A stretch of DNA of 63,768 nt, counting the filler, from Collodictyon triciliatum (Eukaryota): NCBI GenBank assembly GCA_043381765.1. It is 5 parts of 5 records of this genome, joined end to end, with 100 filler letters (N's around TTAATTAATTAA, not from the genome) between each part and the next. Parts side by side here need not be neighbours in the genome. Positions count along the whole stretch, not along the records: positions 40,001 to 53,206 come from JBHJMP010002023.1; positions 53,307 to 63,768 come from JBHJMP010002028.1; 3 more parts are not named here. One strand, written 5' to 3'. The notes below the pieces were generated by a model. The model made no database searches. It saw only the letters and a list, made by a program, of their open reading frames with translations, and was not told the origin of the DNA. This document shows, in pieces, positions 45,001 to 56,621 of the stretch (the first letter of the stretch is position 1; the number at the start of each line of letters is the position of its first letter). The position numbers were made by a program, and so were the translations under genes.

Positions 45001-47831
45001 TTTGGTATGCGAGAAGATTTCATCAAAGTTTTGAGACACATCCTTAATCAATTTAGGCCGTCCGCTCTATTTTGTTGTCATGTACCTTTTCAAAAAGTAT
45101 GATTTCTTCACTCGATTCAAAGTGGATGAACACAAGCTTCAGAACTTTATCGGTGCTGTAGAAGACGGCTACAACAAGAAAGTCCCGTATCATAACAACA
45201 TTCATGCCGCCGATGTGATTTTTTCTTTTAATACTTCACATCCACATATGCACCTACATCTGCAACTTTTACTGTCCATATTTATTGAATTCAAAAACTA
45301 AAGAACTTCAAACTTACTCAAGGTTGTCTTGAGTTTGCATCACTTGTTCAGCGTTGGGAAGCTTGCAAAGTACAGTCAAGTGTTATATGACTTTTTTTTA
45401 AAAAAAAAATACATTTATTTAATCATAAAAAATATTGAAATATACTTCAGCTTCGTCTATCGACCAGAAATTTATATGGCCTGTTTTATTTTTCTGCAGG
45501 CATGTGTCGGAATTAGAACTAATGGCTGGAATACTGGCTGCTGCTGTCCATGATTATGGACATCCAGGCTACAATAACGCATTTCAAGTAACTAATCCTT
45601 CTAGAAATGACCAAAGATACAGCATCATATTCTGAATCATGCTAATTCCCAATTTGTGTATATAACCTTTCTATTTTATAGATTAACTCTATGTCAAAGA
45701 AAGCATTAATATACAACGATAAATCGGTTTGTCTTGATTGTTTATTTCCTCTCCGTCTTCGTTCTGGGAAACGTATACTTGAGGCTCCATCATTTCATAA
45801 TAATTTGCTCAGCTTTCAATCTTTAACGATGTGTAGGTTTTGGAGAATTTTCATATTTCTGCTACGTGGATGCTTATGAAGGAACCTCGCAACGACTTTT
45901 CATTTATGTTTTCAGAGAAAGAGTATGAATTGATATCAATGATAGGACACTTTGGGAATTAAAGTCGGTATAGATTGATTTAAGTACCAATAATTTTGTT
46001 CCTACAGAAAAAAAGACTTGCGAACCCTGATGATTGACATGGTGCTTGCAACAGATATGGCATACGTATGCATCTGACCCAATAACAAGTTAATTGTGTG
46101 TATCTTTGAATCGAATAAAGGAAAAAAAAAGTTAATTGTGTGTATATTTTTGCATACTGCCATTCCATTTATTCAGAGCTCTTTATCTTTTTCTTTTCTA
46201 GCATTTTGATGCACTGTCAGACATGAAAACCAGAATTGCCGCCGGAGGTATGTTTAATGCCTCACCTTTATCTCATTATTGCTCTTTTCTTTTCTCAGTG
46301 TATATCTCAAGATAATTTATCTTGCTGCTGGTGTTGCGTCAACTTGGAGTTTTTGATTTAATTTGACTTGATTTGGAGTCAGATTACCTTCTGTATCATT
46401 TTCATTCGTCCTCTAATTTTCACATACTAGATTTTAACTTTGAGGACACGCGGAATAAAACCCTACTCATGAAAGTTGCGTTGAAAGTGGCAGATGGTAA
46501 CTCTTACCCTTCGTCTCATTATTTTTGATTTACTTCAATTGAGGAAAGTTAATAAATTAGAAACTCATGAACATGATGTTATCCTATAATGGCATAATAC
46601 CAACGAACTGTAACTACGAATAGTTGGTCACGTTGCAAAGAGAGAAGACTTGCATGACAAATGGACAAATTTGATTCAATCTGAATTTTACCTTCAGGTT
46701 CGTTGATATATTTATATATGATGATTTATCTTTTATCGTTCCTACATCGCCTATGAGTGAAATTATTTAAATAAACCAGGGAGATAAAGAAAAGAGCTGT
46801 GGATTGCCCGTATCGCCCTTTATGGATCGAGATAGCTCGTCTATTCCAAAATCCCAGGTAACTTATCTAGCAGGCTAAAAGGGAATAAAAGAAGAAACAC
46901 CGGCCATACTCCAATCCATATCATGCTCACTGTATTTTTTGCTGGATGCTATTTCTCGCTCAGATTGGATTCATCAATTTTGTCGTTTTGCCCTTGTTCG
47001 AGGCATTCAATTTTACTGGAGACCACGCCACGCTTGTGCAGCAAATAAAAAAGAATCAAGTGCTTTGGGAAGCCCGGTTCGCTTTTTTCTTCTTTTTTTC
47101 TCCTTTTTTTCTTCTTTTTTTCTTCTTTTTTTTCTTCTTTTTTTCTTCTTTTTTTCTTCTTTTTTTCTTCTTTTTTTCTTCTTTTTTTCTTCTTTTTTTC
47201 TTCTTTTTTTCTTCTTTTTTTCTTCTTTATTTCGTATTAATTGCTTTACTGCTGCCCACCAAACTAATCGCCATTTTTGTTTTGTTTTTTTTGTTTTTTT
47301 ATTTTTTGTTTTTTGTTCTCTCTCCGCAGGCTGAAATTGGAGCCACTTTCACCAAGGACGCAACTAGGCCAAACAACACTCCCATCGATTTCAATGGCCC
47401 CGCAAATCCTGCCTCCGATACCAACCCGCCAAGAATCGCGCCCGGAGATGGAAACAGAAAGCCCTGTAGAAAGGGAATTTGAGTCTGAAATTATGAAGGT
47501 TTGTGCAGACTTGCCACACTTTTAAACCTCACATCACAACCATCATACACACTCTCACCTACTCGACATTCCAGGGAGACCCGTTTGATGTTGAAGAAGT
47601 CAGCCCGGTACCGAGGACTGGTGCGATGCCGCCGCCATCTGTCGTAGTCGTGAGTTGGTTCATTCATCGCTCATAAAGACATGTAGTATTGCCGCGCAAT
47701 CATTCGGTTGTGCATATGCGGGACTGACTCGCGGTGTGGATCCAATATTTGACCAGTGTGTATTCATGCTGCTTCTTTTGCTCGGAACACAGACTCCTGT
47801 GCGATTGAAGGATGGCCCATCCCAGGATTAA
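42005..47831 (+). CDS. Class I cyclic-nucleotide phosphodiesterase with low-complexity N-terminus and multi-TM anchor
   Basis: GC-rich first exon 42005-42639 and hydrophobic exons at 42766-43590. Motifs: 'DMESPIEKAVSIL', WNWDVF, PYHNNIHAAD, AAAVHDYGHPGYNNAF, LENFH, VLATDM, LKVAD, EFYLQGDKEK, SQIGFINFVV. TAA at 47829-47831. Confidence 0.9.
46087..46145 (+). mobile_element. Ultra-short poly(A) retro-insertion with perfect 17-bp TSD (PDE intron)
   Basis: AAGTTAATTGTGTGTAT (46087-46103) + CTTTGAATCGAATAAAGG(A)n + AAGTTAATTGTGTGTAT (46129-46145). Confidence 0.8.
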
Positions 47832-48340
47832 GTCGCCGAGAATCACTATTCACCGCACCCGACTCGGCTCATTCTCTCGCTCTCATTCACACATCCCAGC
47901 TCAACTCACAACTTCCGCCCTTACTTTCTCTGTGCTTTCCTGCGTATCGATATTTTCCCTCGTCTTTCCTGAAAACAGCCATTATAATGTTTTTCTCTGC
48001 TTTTCATGTAGTATATTGACTCCCTTTACCACGCACCTGAAGCTGTCCACTTTAGGCCTCCTGCTAACCAATTTACATATATCCACCACAGAAGAAACCC
48101 GCAAAGTAAATCTACCGCGAATATCCGCCGTTGCTGTTGATAATTTTTTTTTTTTTTTTTTTGGATTTGATTTGATTTCTGTCCTCAAAGTCCGCAGCTC
48201 CTTAGCCGCCAGATTCATTCACGACGCAAAGGAGCGAGTGTGATTTTCCCGCCGACGATTCGCATCCCACAAAAGATGGCGAGGCGGAGAAAGAGCCGTG
48301 CTTGCTCACAGACGCAGTTTTAATCTGTTCAGGAGGCGCC

Positions 48341-51300
48341 TCACCATTTGATGGAGAGCGGGTTCGAGATCTTTTCCCTTGCATGGTATTGGGTATGAAG
48401 CAGATGCCTACGGCGGGCATTAGTGTGGGGTGGAAAAAAGTGAGTCTCGTTGCCCCTAGCATTTATATGTATGAATATGTATATATGCGCCAGACAAAAG
48501 CACAAGGACGATAAGAATAGAACACAAGAGCAGAGAAAACAACGACGCACCGAACGGGCTCCGACCCAGGTAATCCGCCCAGCCACCGGTAAATCGGCTC
48601 AAGAAGCGGGTTCTGCTCCGGATGCTGCAGTGCTCGTTCATGGTATATGCCTTCCAGTCGTGTGATAAGCTCCTTGTTGGTCTCCGGCGCAGTGGCGCTG
48701 ATTTGCCCGCCTCCGTTCAGACACCCTTGGGAGTTTGATGTTATGTTGAATGTCTTGTTTTCTTATGTTGGACTCTTTCTTGCTATTATTATTTTTGATG
48801 TTTATTTGCCCGGTGCAGCCGCTGGAATTCATATGCTTACCTGAAGGACAGGCCATAACCTGATGCATAAAAGCTGCATTAGAATTTGAGCAAAGCTCCG
48901 TGTGACCAGAATTACTGGGGAGATGGAGCCCAGTGGCGATAATTATGGGGATATGCAAGATGCGTGCACACGGAAGTGAAAATACACTCGTCGTTTTCAT
49001 TCTCGTTCATATCTGCCAAATTCAGTCACCTCGACAAAGTCGTAGTCAGACTTCCCCATCTTTAATTTGCGTATGATGGTCTGGATGTTGCGGAATCCAT
49101 AAGCAATGGCGAAACGCAGCTTGACCTCTCCATTCACCTACGCAGCATGACGAAAGTAAGCCCCAAGAAGAAAAGAAACGACAGAAGGTGTATCGCCCTT
49201 GGCATTTTCTTTTATGGTTAACAAACATTAGACTGGAAGAAAAAAAAAAACATCGACGCATTGGGATATAAAAATATGCATTCTTATACGGCGATGTCTT
49301 TGAATGGAGATGGTGTTCTGAGAGCGACCTACTTCGATATTTGCGGTCTTCACATCCGAGTTTCTTCCTTGTTTGAATTCGACGGTATCGATGTCTATTC
49401 CGTAAAGCTGCTTTGCGGTGGCTCGAAGGACATACTCCAAATACCCACCCGAACTCCCTTTCCATCCATACAAAACTTGGGAATTTACAGGGATGCCCTG
49501 GACACTGGTGAGCATGGTCGAAGAAGGATTGATTTTAATTACAGAAGTACAAATCGCTTGGGTATTATCAATTCCCTCCATGACTTGTGTATGCTTTTAC
49601 GCTTCTTTCAATCTTATTTGTTTGCTATTTTTCGGGTTTGAAAAGAGGTTTGGTTCTTGTGTGGAGCATTATGTGTGACCACAACGAAAATAATTACAGC
49701 GAGTCGTCAGGTGATTCTTCTATATCTTGGAAATTCTCTTCAGATTCTTGTACAAACTGAAGGAATTCTCCAGTGGTTAGTACGCAATCAATATCCCGTG
49801 TTTGAAGGAGGTCGTCATAAAAGTCGTCCCTGGAAGCCTCCAGTTTTTTATCATAGCATGGCATTACAGCTATGTGATAAATCAAACCAGCACTAAGAGC
49901 GAAGGGAGCCAAATCAGTCAAATGGGTCAGATGTATATGAATCCAGTTGTATAAAAAAAGGAGATATTTTCTAAAATTTTTCAGTAGAAATCCTCTTGAC
50001 CATTTAACAAAGGGAACTAAGAGGAGTGCGGAAATGAGCAATATATTTTGAATCATCCATTAAATAATGAAACTGAAGTTAATCATTACTTCACCTGAAA
50101 GAGCTATTTTCGATTACAAAGCGTTTCACCAAGGAACCTATTATTTGCATGGGCGATTTGACTGTCGTGATGTAAGGAAGAACGTCCATTCCATGTGTCT
50201 TTTCGGCGTAACAAATCCATCCTATATCGAAGGATATTGTGTCCTCTTGGTTTTTTTCTCTAGTTGTTTCGTTTTTCATTTTTTTTTCCTTTTAATTTTT
50301 TCCTTTTTCATTTTTTTTCGTTTTTCATTTTTTTTTTCGTTTTTCATTTTTTTTCGTTTTTCATTTTTTTTCGTTTTTCATTTTTTCGTTTTTCGTTTTT
50401 CGTTTTTCGTTTTTCGTTTTTCGTTTTTCGTTTTTCGTTTTTCGTTTTTCGTTTTTCGTTTTTCGTTTTTCGTTTTTCGTTAAAGAGCCTAAATGCACCA
50501 GCAGATATTTAAATTTCAAGTATTGAACCCTTTTAAACCCAGACCCGCCAATGACTTCGTATTCTACAGAAAATTGCAACTACCTGGGCACTCTGAGGTC
50601 AAAAGTGGGAGCGATCCTTTTGTTTCCTTCTCTGATATTCTCTTAACAAAATCTTTCTGAACCTGTGGAAGATTTGAATAATTTTTTTGCAATAGTGTCA
50701 CGTTCTTAATAAATAAAAAAATAACATGGCATAGTAGTGAATTAGAAAAATGGGTTAAGATAATTTGGTAGATGATTGTTGATTAGATGTGCACTTCGAT
50801 TAGCGAAAACGCATAAGCAGATGACGCATCAAAAATATGAGACACCCCTTTTTTCCTCAAAAATCCAACCATCTTTCGAAAGGTCTAAATCGGTCAGTAA
50901 AATGCTCTAAGTTGAATGTCATTTATATATACCGAAATTATGGGATGCAGTTACTTTTGAAATGAAAAGAATTTAACAAAATAAAATACGGCACGTGCTT
51001 TAAAATGGAACATGTATAGCTATTATAGAGACGATAAAGTAAAAAAATTTAATAAAACCAGAGCTAATGGCATGTGGTAGTGTGCTGCAACAGCGGCAAT
51101 TGATTGCGGAGATATAGTGGCAACGATTTTCTTTTCCTTCGCATTTAAAACATTTACAAATTCATCCAAACTTTGCTGAGATATTAATACTGTCTCCGCA
51201 GAAGTGACGCATCCGCTGGTTCATACATAGAGAAAGGATAACGGATAAAGGATACGATTGTATACATTTGATGGGTGAGAATAACGAATCAGGATACTCC

Positions 51301-51925
51301 ATATATCGTTAATGTGACTATTTAACATCAAAAAATCTTTGTTTGCTATCCCATGAGTGAAAGCAAAGTAAGTCCTTCGATACTGAACGATCTATCTGCT
51401 AACTTTTTTGCCATTTAATATTGTGTTACTGACCTGCAGGCCAGACAATCTGCAAGCGATATTTGAGCTTTTTCGAGCTTTCTCTTTTCCCCGGACTCTA
51501 GCACCTGAAACCGGCCCTCTTCATTTGTGATGATTTCTGCAACCTTTTTGAGTCATACGTTTTTGTTAACAAAAATTCAGCAAAGACTCATCATTTGCTG
51601 GAATATGGCCTTCAAGAGGTGGGATTGGTGAAGAGCTTTATGAAAGAAGTATGAAAAGAAATATAGACTTATTTTTCAATAAAATAGTTGTAATATATGC
51701 CAAATAATATGATGCAAAAAAAGGGGAGAAGGAAAGCATATGCATGAGACCAGAACAAGACATGTGAGGAATAGATAAAAAAAAAAAATAATAAACTTGT
51801 GAAGCAAATGTTGCCTGCGTTGTAGTCTTCTCTATTTCCACTGGCTTGACGCATGCTTGCGAAGGTGAAATAAAGTCGTTCAGGTCGGTCAGCTTCAGTG
51901 CTCCAGAAAGCTGTTTCTTTGCCAT
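48341..51925 (-). CDS. NAR1: Cytosolic Fe-S assembly factor NAR1/CIAO3 (iron-only hydrogenase-like)
   Basis: Motifs: '[22 protein letters not shown]', [77 protein letters not shown], and C-terminal HTQYHAREK...IKW*. Confidence 0.93.
50383..50480. repeat. (TTTTTCG)n tandem repeat in a NAR1 intron
   Basis: Direct reading. Confidence 0.9.
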
Positions 51926-53099
51926 TGTCCCTTTTGCAATCTTTCCCAGCCTTTTTTCGAAGCAGCCACCCAGTTGGTTTCTTTCTTCTTTTCAATTATT
52001 TTAATTGTTATTTGGATTCGGGTTCACGCTTGTGAACCGCTCGGACAAATAAATAAAGAAGAAATAACAGATTAAAAAAAATGTATCAAAAAAAATAAAC
52101 ACGGCAGCCAATGTGGGTTCGGTTCGTGAGCGACGGAATCGCGTCGATTGAGTTCCTGTGGCTGATTCGTCTGCTGCATATGAGACGGGATTACAATGAG
52201 TCGTATGTGGCGGAGAGCGGATTAATGAGATTGAGAGAAGGGAGCGCGCTTTGTGATTGATGTGGAACCTTTACATATCTGGAAAATAAGTTTTTGTATG
52301 CTTAGAGTCAGTAATTAGGTTCAACATTTCATCAAATATTGTGCAATTATCATTAAGTATTAATAAAATATAACATTAAAACCATGGGTGATTCCGCAGG
52401 GCGGAGATTTATATGCTGTCGCATATACAAACACAACGGCGTTGTTGTCGCTGCAACTACACAATACAGAGAAATAGACATATTTGGATGAATCAACGGC
52501 TTTCAGAGAAAAGAAGCGAAGCTGAAACTAATCTGGAAAATTTACCGAACCGTTGTCCAGATTTGTTGTTTCCTCCGCCGATCACAATCTTTTGCATTCG
52601 ACAACCACTTCCCAAGGCGCCGCCTGGATCGCATTCACAAAACAGCACCAGGAAAATGTTCTTTTATATTATAGTGACTGTATGAAACGCAAAGAACAAA
52701 AGAATAGAAAGTAACACAGAAAGCAGAATATTGGCAAGACTGGTTCAAAAGCCTGATAGATTTAAAAGAAAAAGTGTTTTTTTTTTTTTTTAAAAAAAGG
52801 GGCTTGCCCAAATGGCCTATTGGACACCTCGCGAATGAAGCTTAAACTTAGAGATTCATGTACTTATACTTTTGTTGATAAAGAATACACAAGCACTGTG
52901 ACACAAGTTGAGAATGATTGGAATCGGATCAAAGAAAGGCAACCACACGGGCAAGAACAGGAGCAAAGAAAGAGTGCGTACGCGAAAGGGGTTTGGCGTC
53001 GAGGAAATTGCTGGTTTGCCTTTCTCACAGCACAAAGTTTACTAGATAATAAGTTGTTTTTTTTGTTTGTGAAAACTTTCACAGTGGTTCCTGGAATAC

Positions 53100-53104
<5 letters not shown>

Positions 53105-53130
<26 letters not shown>

Positions 53131-53206
53131 CATTATCATTATCATTATCATTATCATTATCATTATCATTATCATTATCATTATCATTATCATTATCATT
53201 ATCATT
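53105..53206. repeat. (ATCATT)n tandem repeat at the contig end
   Basis: Direct reading. Confidence 0.95.
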
Positions 53207-53306
53207 NNNNNNNNNNNNNNNNNNNNNNNNNNNNNNNNNNNNNNNNNNNNTTAATTAATTAANNNNNNNNNNNNNNNNNNNNNNNNNNNNNNNNNNNNNN
53301 NNNNNN
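53207..53306. other. Artificial contig spacer
   Basis: 44 N + TTAATTAATTAA + 44 N. Confidence 0.97.
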
Positions 53307-53529
53307 TTTCCTTTTCCTTTTCCTTATTCCTTATTCCTTATTCCTTTTTCCTTTTTCCTTTTTCCTTTTTCCTTTTTCCTTTTTCCTTTTTCCTTTTTCC
53401 TTTTTCCTTTTTCCTTTTTCCTTTTTCCTTTTTCCTTTTCTTTTCCTTTTAGCACCCTCAAATTTTGAAAGGTCTGATACGAGCCATCAAGATTATACAG
53501 TACTTTGAACAGCACCTTCTTGAAAACGA

Positions 53530-55995
53530 ATGAACTGGCGGGGAAAAAATGGCATTAGTCAACAAATATCCAATTTCGAAGGTGAAGTGATTGACGGCGA
53601 TGCCGAGCTGGGGACAAACGCAAACGCAAACGCAAACGCAAACGCAAACGCAAACGCAAACGCAAACGCAAACGCAAACGCAAACGCAAACGCAAACGCA
53701 AACGCAAACGCAAAGTATAAATCACTAATGTTTGACCTTAATTTCTTTGCCTACGTAAATCCAAGTGATTGTATCGGGGCATATCTTTTTGGGAAGCAGG
53801 CAAATATGTTTTTAACCAAATATTACTATCGAAACAGAATTTTATCGCACGGCCTGTTTGTCATATGGGCTTTTTCATCTTTAATAACTGTCCTTTTCTT
53901 CAGTTATCGAAGCTCTATATTCGCTCTCAGTGGAGACATAGCTTGCCCATTCGGAATAGCTTTTCAAATACTTACAATTTTGAAACTTAATGTGAAAGTC
54001 GTGCGAGAGGTTCTTAATTCGTTCGAAACAATATTTCTGATTCTTGTTGCCGCTATTCAATTATACACCTGCTTCGACATGATTGGTTGGTCATCTTCAT
54101 CCATGATAAGATATGCGTTTTTGATGGTCACATTTTTTTCTGCTATTTTGGGTGAAGCATTTCCAATATCGAGTCGTTCGTTCGAAAGAAAGTGGAAAAA
54201 ATTAATGACAATCAGACAAAAACTAAATGTTGCTGCGACCATAAATGAAGATTCAATCGAGGCAGATGAATTACTCGTAGATTCAGAATTAATCGAAAAA
54301 CTTCGGCAAACGATCGACGTAACGAACTGTCATATTCTTGCTCAAATAGTCTCAAAGAAAATAGAACAGAGTGACAAATGGTCATTCAAACAGAAATTTT
54401 ATTGGATGTTAAATAGAAGCCTTCTTTTTACAGACCTGCTTTATTTGCTTGCATATACAATAGCACTGTTTATGACAATTTATTCATATATGGTATTCAC
54501 TACCGGATCGGCATCGATCGAAAGTGATGGATTGATAAATATTTTTTGGCTTCGATTCAAAATGACTGATTTATTTCGGGCCACATGCATGACAACTACC
54601 AGCTACTTTTTGAAAAAGATTTTCACTATAATCATTAACCCGTTTCACCTCACCAGCGTGCAGAAATCCCAGGTGATAATTCCAGTAATACAGGACTGGG
54701 TCGTGCTTCTGGATGAAGATTGTAACGAAAATTATCAGAATTTTTTGGAGAACTACCAGGAAAGGTCTGATTTAGTGATGCCAGTCACCTTCAATCAAGG
54801 AGACAGTTCACCACCTCTCTATCCAAGGGTCATAGAAAGTGGCTCTCCCTCTGCTTCAAGAAAAAGGGAATGGTATCCCACGGTCATAATGTCAGCTAGT
54901 GGTAAAGGGGACTTATTAGATACAAAGCTCAGCCTGGCTGACAATATTTCCCCAAGATTGAACGTGAAAACAAAGAAATTGAGAACACATTTGAGAAGGC
55001 ATTTCATAAAGTACATTTTGATTTGGGCCACTGGTATTACACTACTTTATATTTTCTTTATTACAGGACTTGCTGATGTTCATTTGGCTAGTGTCCCGTT
55101 CATCATTATCACGTTTCTGATGATCTTATTGCAATTACTGGATCTAATTAGCTCCATAATTTATTGCATTTTTACAAGTTTTGAGTCACTTTACCTTCTT
55201 GCAAATCTCATTACATTTACGTGGTGCTCTTCATGGTATTTTCCAAAAAGCAATGGCCCCTGGATATTCGTCTTCATGACATTGACACTCCTTGTTGTTG
55301 GAAACTTTTCGTTGGATGCAAGACCCACATCTATAAGGAATACAAAAGACATAATCGATAAAATTAGAAAGCTGCGGTACTCGAATAATTTCTCTCAAAA
55401 AGACAAAAAGCTACAGATGATTTTGAGTCAGTTTGTCGGTCGCTTGCAATTGCATAATAATTCAACAGTAACCATATCACCAAATGTACCACAAAAAGGA
55501 AAACGCAGTTTAGCATGGATTGTTGAAGATGTAGATGGGATTTCCCCACAAAAGCAGCAGACCCAAAATATTCGGAAAGAAAAAGTTTGTCACAATCCAC
55601 ATGATTTGGAGCCCTTCCACCAAGATGAAGCCAAATCGAATCGTAACATGCATGCTTTTAAAGATTGGTTTGCCGAGGCCAAAATATTGCACATGCTGAT
55701 GGGAAATGGAAAATCGCTTTTAGCCTTTTTTGCTTTATTACCAATACTAAGCCTATACTCAATGGTTGACTCTGAAATCATACATAACCCTAATCCTGGG
55801 CAAGTCTATATCGGAGGCGCAACTTGGGAAAATATTTCCATAGTGAAGGCTACGCTGGGTAATATGATAATTTTTTTGACAAAGAGACTCGTAATCAGCC
55901 TATTTTTTCCAGAGAGGTGCATATCGATTCAAAGGCCTGTGCTGAGGATACCGTTAACCAACCAAATAATTTCTCTGCTTCACTCCCAACCATGA
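53530..55995 (+). CDS. Intronless 821-aa multi-pass membrane protein of unknown function, two homologous halves
   Basis: Single long ORF with two hydrophobic clusters. Paired motifs: SFETIFL/SFESLYL, EAFPISSR/DARPTSIR, PFHLTSVQKSQVIIP/PERCISIQRPVLRIP. Conserved with the adjacent paralogue. Confidence 0.85.
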   Translation: MNWRGKNGISQQISNFEGEVIDGDAELGTNANANANANANANANANANANANANANANANAKYKSLMFDLNFFAYVNPSDCIGAYLFGKQANMFLTKYYYRNRILSHGLFVIWAFSSLITVLFFSYRSSIFALSGDIACPFGIAFQILTILKLNVKVVREVLNSFETIFLILVAAIQLYTCFDMIGWSSSSMIRYAFLMVTFFSAILGEAFPISSRSFERKWKKLMTIRQKLNVAATINEDSIEADELLVDSELIEKLRQTIDVTNCHILAQIVSKKIEQSDKWSFKQKFYWMLNRSLLFTDLLYLLAYTIALFMTIYSYMVFTTGSASIESDGLINIFWLRFKMTDLFRATCMTTTSYFLKKIFTIIINPFHLTSVQKSQVIIPVIQDWVVLLDEDCNENYQNFLENYQERSDLVMPVTFNQGDSSPPLYPRVIESGSPSASRKREWYPTVIMSASGKGDLLDTKLSLADNISPRLNVKTKKLRTHLRRHFIKYILIWATGITLLYIFFITGLADVHLASVPFIIITFLMILLQLLDLISSIIYCIFTSFESLYLLANLITFTWCSSWYFPKSNGPWIFVFMTLTLLVVGNFSLDARPTSIRNTKDIIDKIRKLRYSNNFSQKDKKLQMILSQFVGRLQLHNNSTVTISPNVPQKGKRSLAWIVEDVDGISPQKQQTQNIRKEKVCHNPHDLEPFHQDEAKSNRNMHAFKDWFAEAKILHMLMGNGKSLLAFFALLPILSLYSMVDSEIIHNPNPGQVYIGGATWENISIVKATLGNMIIFLTKRLVISLFFPERCISIQRPVLRIPLTNQIISLLHSQP
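53617..53712 (+). repeat. (AACGCA)16 coding hexamer repeat encoding poly-(Asn-Ala)
   Basis: Perfect 96-bp tandem repeat in frame within the 821-aa ORF. Confidence 0.95.
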
Positions 55996-56015
55996 GCTTT
56001 TTCCTCGAATGGTTC

Positions 56016-56123
<108 letters not shown>

Positions 56124-56621
56124 CTGCCGCCATTAGTTGAGTTTCACATAGTTGATAATAAATTTCATACAGGCTCGCCATATAATATTCAAAAATATTA
56201 AAGTTCAAAAATATCGAGAGTTTATATAAATACTCATATCGCAGGTGGCGATAGCACAAACAATACGCGGAGTCATGCAATCCGGACGTTGCTCATGGCT
56301 ATTGATACGTTCGATAGTAATTGCACTCATAATTTTTTTTTTGAATCTCTGGACGTAGACTGAAAAGAATAATAAAGTATCTTTGAGGTGGAGGGGGAAA
56401 ATGGCTGAAGCAAGCTCGAGTTAAACACTCGCAATTGAAATAGATGCTGAGGAAAACGAAGATGAGATGGGGAGCAGTATCACAAAAGAACAAGTACAAG
56501 CAGCATCCCACGCTAGTGCGGACAAAAAAATATTCAAAATGTAAATAATAACAATCCACCACCCGAGGACAAAAGAGGTGGGGGTAAAAATGCGTCACTT
56601 TAGTGGGACTTTGCTGGAGAA

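Noticed and set aside
13571-47831. A cGMP-signalling gene cluster (guanylyl cyclase + PDE + kinase + phosphatase)
   Set aside because: The genes lie on different contigs joined by artificial spacers, so there is no evidence of linkage.
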